Notes under the pieces: model-generated
What the model saw: only the letters and a program-made list of their open reading frames with translations
Database searches by the model: none
What the model was told of the DNA's origin: nothing
Program-made: the position numbers and the translations under genes
Shown here: piece after piece, positions 11,433 to 20,000 of the stretch
Numbering within the stretch: position 1 is the stretch's first letter
How the letters are laid out: each line of letters starts with the position of its first letter
NCBI GenBank assembly: GCA_000934665.2
Contig: JYFJ02001995.1
Location: 44,991-64,990 of the forward strand
Source: Catajapyx aquilonaris
Lineage: Eukaryota
Direction: 5' to 3'
Length of the DNA: 20,000 bases

Positions 11433-11559
11433 TAGTGTTGGACATAAATCGAGGCTAGCGACATTTTCTGAAGCGGCAGAAGAAGGAATCGAAGATAAGC
11501 AGCTTCTGCCGCTTTGGAAAATGTCGCTAGCAGTATGCCTCGATTTATGTCCAACACTG
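11433..11559. mobile_element. Fold-back non-autonomous DNA transposon (MITE), Tc1/mariner-like
   Basis: Long inverted repeat. AGTGTTGGACATAAATCGAG (11434-11453) pairs with 11539-11558, GCTAGCGACATTTTC (11454-11468) with 11517-11531, and AAGCGGCAGAAG (11471-11482) with 11503-11514. There is a 20-nt loop and a 7-nt bulge in the right arm. The right end reads CAGTG on the minus strand and the left end TAGTG. Flanking TA lies at 11431-11432 and 11561-11562, with one extra C at 11560. CAGTG termini plus a TA duplication are typical of Tc1-like elements. Confidence 0.75.
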
Positions 11560-13130
11560 CTACAGTAACGACCTCTCCTCATAAATTTTCTCCTCCTTCA
11601 AGTTTGTTTACAAGCAAGCATCTGGGCTGGAGAATGTACACTCATCAAAATTAATAACAAACTGCACTTATGTACAGTACACTTCAGAATTTTACGTGGA
11701 AAAGCCTTAAAGTGGTCCGTAAATGCGGGAAATGGAAGCAAGAGCTGATTCAACTTTGAATGAACATGTCCCCCCCCTCCTCTCCCATAGAAAGAACAAA
11801 CAAAAGTAATGAGGCGCAAAAGGCTTGGTTCTCTCCTCCTCTGAAAGCCAAGGGGCCCCGTTGTGTACTCGCCTAAAATATCAAGTCCTCCAAAACCTTG
11901 GGACCCTTGTCAGCCGGTACAGAAAAGGAATTCTTGCACACCCGCACACACCATGCAGGCTCTCGGAGCAAACTCAGCAAATGAATTCTCAAAAAAAGTT
12001 GGAAACACAACAATGGAACAATAATTCTGCAATATTTTTTTTGTCAAATTTGCATCAAAATTCACATATGTTATTGAAGGAATGTAACTTCACATCAATT
12101 TCGGATGCCTTTGCTTCCAGTTCATTCTAGTCATTTCCATCCTCTCCTTCCCGGCGCCAAATCCTCTTCCCCGCCCGTATACAATACACACAATGTAAAA
12201 GGTCCGCAAACAATCCCTAATGGCAGGATTCCCGCAAACGGTCCGAATCGCCTCAAGTTGGCAAGGCTCTCTTCTCTCTATCTATATACCTGAAGAGTGC
12301 TCCAGGATATGGAATGGAGGGTGAGACGTCAAGTAAGAAGCCCCAGCCAAGCCTTGATTAATTTTGTAGTGGTTCAGCCCCCTCCTCGAAGTGATGGGAT
12401 AGGTCCATTGCAGCATCTAATGCACAAGCCTCTAAGGAGAGCACACAGAAAATATTCGGGGGTCCAAATTCAAAGCCTCCACACCTGAGAGAAAAAGAAT
12501 AGCCCAGTCCCTTTCTCGACCCCCTGTGCTAATGACCACATTTAAATGCATTCACCGAAGGGGTTGACCCAGAGAGATTGGACTTTGGACCTCAACATGA
12601 CCACAGGGACTCTCGGTGTTGTTGTAGTTTCATACAACTTTTAAGCCTGGTCTCCCTCACACTTTCCCCCAGCTCCATACTATCCAATACTCGGTTTCCT
12701 AACTAAAAACCCACGGGAAAGGGCGGAGAAAAAAGTAAACGGTCAATCGTGCGGTGGATTCCCTTGCGAGGCCCCTATCCGGTGGAAGAAGAAGAAAAAA
12801 AGCCATCCAAGTTACGACAGAAGGGCATTTACACCAAGATTGTATGAATCTCTCGAGGAATTTCTTCTTGGCCTCAACTTGTCGGCTCGTAACCCCCCGG
12901 ACTTTTCGTTGCTTATGGGAATAGTGGGCAAAACTGGTGGAAACATATTCCTTTTTAAATAATTGTGGAAATGAGTGTCGTATTCAGTCAGGAAACATTG
13001 CACGGGGTCATTTGGTGCTGTAAGTTGGGACGAAAATTCCTAGATGGCGTACGCTGCTTCTTCTCTAATTCTACATGGCACGACATGACGGAGGCGACTT
13101 ACCCACTCCCACTCCACTCCACACACCAGC

Positions 13131-13164
13131 TCTGATTGGTGGTGCATCTGCTCCACCAATCAGA
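13131..13164. repeat. Short inverted repeat/hairpin with a 12-bp perfect stem
   Basis: TCTGATTGGTGG (13131-13142) pairs with CCACCAATCAGA (13153-13164) across a 10-nt partly self-pairing spacer. Confidence 0.85.
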
Positions 13165-15046
13165 TGGGTGGCTACAGTGCGGTACAAAAGAACTGCTCTT
13201 TTGAAACCCTATACACCATGTAAACGACAAAGGTTGCCTACTTTTTCTTGAGAAATTAGGATGTGGGTACTGTAATAGGATTGCAGAGTGCACAGGGTGG
13301 CCACGCTTGTCTCAGGGACATTTTGGGCTAACCAACTCTCAGGTTGGTTCTCTGAGGCAAATCCTTCCCTAGCTGTCTCAGGCCACGCACTCGATTTAAC
13401 CAAATTCTTCAGTGTTTGCACTTTGAGTGAGCAAATCCTGGACCACCCCCCTCCCTAATTACGTGTAGCTTTCTCTCAAGACACCAGTCCCTTTTATGGA
13501 GAGACAGCACTCCGAGTTAGCCCAAGGGCATCTTCCAGGCACTTTCCAGCCTAGACATGCATTAGCCAGCATTACATTGTCACAACTGAGGGAGAGAACT
13601 TTACAATGCAAACTTCATTTCGCAAGCTCCCACCTGTACGAGTAGGCTCCTCTTCCCATTTTCCTTTTTTTGCCCTCCAAATGATGTACAGGTTCAAGAC
13701 TCCCTCAGTGCACATCAAGACCACCGGATCGTCCTAATCATAAACACACGGGATAGGGGAAGCGCATATAAAGGGACAAAGAGGTGTTTGCATGCGAATA
13801 CGGAAAATTAACCCAGACACTGCTGGCTGGGTATTATAACTTATACCGTACACACTCTCATGAATAACTAGATCGGGAAGCAAGACCACGCCCTGTTATG
13901 ATTCAGGGCCAGTGTTTGACAATCATGTGATGGAGTTTACCACCTCGGAGCCCAGGGATTCATTTGCGCCAAAGTTGCGCTTGCCATCAATTATTCGGGT
14001 ATTCCTCTCGTTTCCGAGAGGCTCGGCTGGGAAATGACGACCGCTTCTTTAATCCGGTGTACGCTTTCAATTAAGTGCGCGTTCGGTGCAATCAAGTTCC
14101 TTCTTAAGTACACCTCCTGACTTCTTTGGAAACAAAGTTTGCAGTGCTGATTCTTATGGGAGTCGACGGGCATTAACATTGCACCTCAGGTATTTTGCTA
14201 ATAATGAACTCTGCGAGATTCAAGCAGGTGGAGTCGGTTTAACGCACATTTCGAACGGCTTAGCATGTTACTGTCAGGTCCGATTGCACCGGATTCAGAA
14301 AACACGATCTGTCACTTTTCTGATATACCAGATACATCGTGTGAAAAGAAATAATCCCTCAGGACACTTGTACAAAGTAATGTCGGATATTTAGTAAAGT
14401 TGTCTTAGTTCTTCATTTGTTCATCGAATATTTAAAAATTCTACAAAATATTAAAATTCACACTTCAGATCTGCACATCTCCATATTATCACTCAAACAA
14501 CAGCATTGTTCTATACATTTCAGATATTAATAAAAAGTTTTAGCTGAACGTGTGCTTTTTTCCAGATTAGTATGTCGGTCAAACCCACCCTAACTCCTTC
14601 AAAATATTGCAAGGCCTCTCTTGTAATTTCAAATGTCAACAAATCCTGACTTTACTTTTATTAGAGTGATCTCAAGCGTTGCGAAAAAAAAAATACTGAT
14701 CCATGGAGGGTCGGAAGGCAGACCCCGCGATTTTTTTTTTTTCCCGCCCGTTGTTTATTTTTCCACGGTTTCGCACATTGGCCACAAACCACTACCCCAC
14801 TTGAATCTGACGCGCCATCTATCTCACGCCGGCGAAAAGTTGTGGGCGACGTGGAAGTCATTTCCGTAAAACTTGATCGCGGAAATTCTGGAAAAGGAAA
14901 AGGGGAGTGGAGAAGGAGAGGGGGGGAAGGAGGAGAGAGTAGGGGGTGCTAACCGACCCATTGCTCTGTGATGGATTAAAACCAACCGGGCCAAATTGGA
15001 TCTGGCATCTGAAGAAGATTACACAGGCTTCGCCTTTCAAGCCTTT

Positions 15047-15071
15047 CCCCCCCCCCCCCTCTCTCTCTCTC
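15047..15071 (+). repeat. C13 followed by a (TC)n microsatellite
   Basis: Direct reading. Confidence 0.85.
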
Positions 15072-16614
15072 ACTAATGCGCGCCTTTCTCTTCAATTTCA
15101 TAAATTCCCCATAAAATTAATGAAAACGTATCGATAACGTAATTACATATATTTTGACTCTTCACAACTTCTATCCCCCCCCCATCCACCCCACCCTTTC
15201 CTTCTCCGCACCTATATATACCCCACCTCCTGTAAAATGTTTCCCAGCACATACCATAATAGATAATCAGGAAGAGTAGCTATGGTACCATTAGCGAAAT
15301 TGTAGGGTGTCCCCGGAATCAATTTCTAATGCGGCGGCGCTCAGTTCTTTGGAGGAGAAATGCTATTTTACTGATTAGATCCCACGCGGAATGTCACTGC
15401 GGACTTTTCACCAATCATCATTAATCTGAGAATTTTTCTGGTTGCTTGAAAGCCCCCCCTTTTATACGCTATATACACACATATAGATCTTCAGTGTGTA
15501 ACAACTTTTTACGTTTGTAACTAGCATACAGTCTATGAAAGTTGGCAAAATCAGTACAGTATAAACTATGTATTGCACCATAAATATGAGTATTTACACA
15601 TGGACAAAATATTCGTAAATCCGACTCTGCAATATATTATCAGTTCAAAAAATTATTACGTGATCAATTTGCACTCCTAGACCAACCAACTTCAATGACA
15701 AGCAATATCCTACACAATCACAATGACACAACATCATATCCACCATAATGTATTTCACGTGTCATCTTTCCACCAAAATCAAAAAAACGACATATGCTGA
15801 GTATGCCCTTGTCAATGTCATTAAGAGCATTGCATTAACATAAAGCTGTTTACCCAAGAGGCATCCCTGCAAATGATGTTTCGCTCCCTTCAAAAGAAAA
15901 AAAAAAAAGCTTGAAATTTTTCAGATTAGCACTAAGCGAGAGAGGGGGCCAGTTAATGAAATCGCAAAAAATTTGCGGAGGCAGCAACACCGTCCAAAAA
16001 TATCGGATATGTGGGGGGAAGAGAGCAAGCGGCTAAACCTGTAAATTAAGTTTACACCGACGTTTAAATTACCAGGGCAAGAGACGAATGAACATCAGGC
16101 TGACGTTATCAGCGTTATGCTACGCTGGGAACTGTACTGAGACAACAACAATTCGTTTTTAATTGAAAAATGAAATTGCCAGTTTGACGAGCTTTATGGT
16201 GTAGAACATCTGTTCTTATTGCGCCATCGAATTTTACGCCCGCAAAAATGGAAGAACAAGAGAGAAAGAGAGGGGGGGGGGTCAAGGCGGGAGAAACTTT
16301 ATGTGCGTGTCTATAGGGCTAGACACTGCTATCCGTACTTTTAGTCTCGGTTCTGATAATGGGACGGACACAAAAAAACGAAAGTTGGAATCAAAGTCAA
16401 GCTGCTGCACTGCCTCAGTTCAAGAGAGGGACATAAGTTATGAGTTGTTCAACCGATTGCGCATTTATATCACGCAGCAAAGTGTTGGAAATATGTCCGC
16501 ATTTTTCATGGTCTCTACATACTATGCGCAGTCTTACACTTTCACCCTTTCAACTACGACCTTGGTCAGTCTACCCTGCATATCGAAACTCCCAAACCCT
16601 GCATTGTCGCCTCA

Positions 16615-16740
16615 CTAATTATGCACTTAATAATTATATAAATTAACTACCTAATTAATGGCGGCTAATTAATATATTGATCTATTATATTAATTATAAT
16701 TGATCTATTAAATCTATAGTAAATTAATGTATAACATTTT
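16615..16740. repeat. AT-rich low-complexity island with short duplications
   Basis: CTAATTAAT at 16651 and 16665, ATTGATCTATTA at 16676 and 16699, and very low GC. Confidence 0.7.
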
Positions 16741-19463
16741 GTGGCACGTCTGCGGTGCCCTCAATATGAAAGCAGCTCAGTAGTTTCAGTAGACTGGAAA
16801 GTATGGCGTTTGGCACACAAATTGCATATAATTCGTGTATCTCATACAATGTCATATTACAAAGATAACAGTTCACATGTCCACATTCTCCTGAGCCCAA
16901 AGCACAGCTTCCATTTAATGTCTTCCCAGACTCCTTAAGCCGCAATAATCCAAAAAAAAACCCGCAATGCAAAACAAGAAAATATATTACTACGAGAAAA
17001 CTGTGCCATCCAGCAATGATATCCCAAGCAAAAGCATCCGGCCTCGTCCAAGAAAGATGAGATTTCTGCGGAGAGGAAACTTTTAGCAATTTCTCCCTTC
17101 CCGCCCGGGGGATGAATATCGTCGGGGGGGCTAAGAGAGGTCATGATGGCAGCAGGAAATGAGGGGCCAGCCTCCTTCACATGGCCCGCCTATTTCTCCC
17201 AAGATTATATAACAGCTCTTCCAATCATCATTTCAGCTGGAAAACCCCCCCACCATGTTTCTGAGAGAGGCTAATTATTACAAGCCCCCCCCTCCCCCCG
17301 AGAAAAGTCTTCTCCGCAGTAACTACAGGGTGTTCCAGCATCGCACTAACCCATAAAGCAATCGGAGTTTGGCTTAATTATGCTGTATCGCAGCTTAGTG
17401 CGACCGCACAGATGATGTACGATTTTCAGAGCTCTATATCTGTTCAGAATTACGCCTACTAACTCTTAACCGGTTTCGAGTTACAGCTTTAAGCTCGGGC
17501 TACAATTAAGGCCTTCTCTTCCCAGTGATTTATCCCAGCAAGCCGGATGAAATATCGGGCTGGAAAAAAAAAAGAATTATACGAGTGCCAGTGCTTCTGC
17601 AAAGTTTATCCTTATCTGTCAGGCACTTGCAATTTCTTAAGGTTAGATGCGTGTTGGCACTTTTGCGCAATTCAAACCATTTTTTTGTTTTTAAATTATG
17701 AAATATACAGTGTTGGAGGAGAATATAAAAGGATCTAGTTTTGAACCCAAGTGTACTGCCAAGTTAGAGAGAATGGAGCGCAATTAATGCTGAGAGTTGG
17801 GGAAAGTTTCAGATTCTTTCACTGCTATAGTAAGGAAGGAGAGGGGTGGATTAAAGTTTTGCAGAGAGTAACGGGTTTTTCCCCTCTTCCTTTCAAGAAG
17901 AAACTAAAACAAATTAAGATTAGTATACTTTATTCTAGCGCGGGAGGATGTCAAGACCATACGTCCCCAAAGGCATGCAGCATAACAAGGCAGTTCGGTT
18001 ACTTTTATTATAAACAATTGCACGGGAGAGGGAAAATAAACGGGGAGGAAAATCACTTGTTTTACAGTCATACTGAACTGATAAGCATTCCTTTTCAGCC
18101 GAATTGCATTGTTGGCCTAATTTTGGCACGAGGCGGATAACAGTTAGCAGGGGGAACGCAAATATTAATGTGAACATTTTGGCTGCAGTGTGGCTTAAAT
18201 GGCTATTCACAATGCTTGAATAATCACATCAGCCATCTAATTCTTAAACGGTCTATTCAACTCTTTATTCGCAGGCAGTTTAAATTAAAAGCAGTATTTG
18301 CCAGTACATACACGAATAGGTTCTGGTTAATTTTGCGTGTAAGTAGCTGTCCAGCTAATCACCTGTTTAAATTCCACCCCTAAAATTCACTTATTTAAAT
18401 GCCAGCCTGTATTGTTCACTAAACAATGGGTTCCTTCCAGGGGGACCTACAAGCATTGTACCATTCGACTGGCATTTTTCAATACTCGTTTTCTGACAGA
18501 AAAAAAGTGCCTTATTCGAGAGAAAAGGCTCAATTGCGTTTAATTTCCAGGACAAACTGCTCACTTGTGAAAAAAAAACTCCCGGCCTAAAACAATGGTG
18601 CACCGGCTTGTTTTACAGGCGCTGGTTGGGGTGGGGGTATATATAGGAGACGAAAAACTTTTTCAAATCCAACCCGGTCCGCAGTGGCCCTTGATAACGT
18701 CATTTCAGACTAATTTAGTTGGTAGGAACAATGAGCAAACAGTCGGCGCACACAGCTCTCCAAATAAAAGAACTTTCGCCCGAAGGGGGACACGCCTATT
18801 GTAAATCACTTACGGAAATTAACAGTACAGAGCCTGAATGACACGTCGAGTTGAGCTGCACCTTTCAAGAGTAATATCAGTCTCCCCCGAAAAAATTTGA
18901 CCACTGCCCGAAGTAATCAACAGTTTTACAATAATGCCCCCTGCCACTATAATGCTCGCTATGAGTACAGCATAAAACACGGAAAGGCACTCTGATAGAA
19001 AATTACTAATGGGCTGTTGGGACAAAAGGTCCAATACAGACAGGCCTGCAAAAATTTGCGGAAAGGAATTAATTAACAAGCCTAACTGGCCAGTCATACA
19101 ATGTCCTTAATCCATTCTGCTGTCGCTGCATATGATAGGCTTGGGTATTCGAATAGGACTAAAAGAGCAATTTTGTTTCCCTCTCCTCCCCCTCCTACCT
19201 CCCCCTACCCTCAGAGTGCCAAGGGGTTAAAAGTGTCATCAAGTGCGGCAGCATCGGTTGCAAAATGCTGTCCATGGATGTTGAAGTTGGGGTGGATGGG
19301 AGATCCCCTCCAGCCGAATCCCCTTGTGCTGTAATCATGCGCCACGTATTTGGGCTTCCAGATTGTGCAAGCTCCGCCTGTTATAATGTCATGGTTCCAG
19401 TTCGCAAGCGAGGTCAAAGTCCCGTGAAGCTCAATATTTAAAGCCAGCGGGCTGAAAAGATTG

Positions 19464-19489
19464 CTCTCTCTCTCTCTCTACTACTACTA
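19464..19489 (+). repeat. Compound (CT)n(CTA)n microsatellite
   Basis: ctctctctctctctct followed by actactacta. Confidence 0.85.
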
Positions 19490-19981
19490 TAACCCCCCAC
19501 CCCCCATTTTGCCAAAAAAAATGGGCAAAAGCTTGTCAATGTCATTCGCAGTGCACGTACCAGCTGTTCAATAATTAGTTGGTATAAACAAAGACATTAT
19601 CACGTTTCCGTTGGGCGAGAACCGTCAGCTGACACGGCCGGTCATTAATCACGCCGAGGAGGACATCAGCTTTCATTAGGCCACAACGTCTCACCTAATT
19701 ATTTATCCCTTCCGTAAGCGATTGCCAGGGTGACTAGCGACGATAAGCAAAACCCTAAAAGTAACACGACACCAAATATTTTCAGTAGGGGACCATTCCT
19801 CACTCGACAGCCCCCAAATGGTTTACTCTTACTGGGGAGGACAGGTCAAGGACAGACTGACGCCTTTGAGGTCAGCGTTTCACGACAATGCATAAAAAAA
19901 AGTGTAAGGTTTTTCCTGAGGCATATTACCATGTCTAATAAAGCCTCCCCCACTTTCCCCCTGATCGCAATAATTAGAAGA

Positions 19982-19996
19982 GGCGCCAGCTGGTCT
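19982..19996 (+). promoter_or_regulatory. Candidate BMP/Dpp response element (Mad/Medea, GRCGNC-N5-GTCT)
   Basis: GGCGCC-AGCTG-GTCT with the exact 5-nt spacer. Confidence 0.3.
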
Positions 19997-20000
19997 TCCC

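Noticed and set aside
17706..17717. TACAGTGTTGGA matching the start of the 11433 MITE terminus
   Set aside because: Similarity stops after 10 bp of TIR and there is no partner end.

Overview
This 20 kb looks like non-coding eukaryotic DNA, most likely from an invertebrate animal: an intergenic region or a large intron. GC is roughly 40-45% by eye, CpG is not obviously depleted, AT-rich and GC-richer blocks alternate, and there are many homopolymer and microsatellite tracts. No ORF in the six-frame track resembles a protein family I recognise. I found no rRNA, tRNA or CRISPR array, and no match to the conserved miRNAs I could recall. The best-supported features are a ~127-bp Tc1/mariner-like fold-back MITE (11433-11559), a 124-bp TTAA-flanked piggyBac-like MITE (8902-9025) next to a 10/20-bp higher-order minisatellite (9071-9210), many long poly-G/poly-C and G-quadruplex tracts, and several clusters of developmental transcription-factor motifs (homeodomain, Abd-B/Cad, Mad/Medea, Su(H), CTCF-like). 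The motif clusters suggest cis-regulatory DNA, but that is inference. I cannot support a new biological system from this sequence alone.
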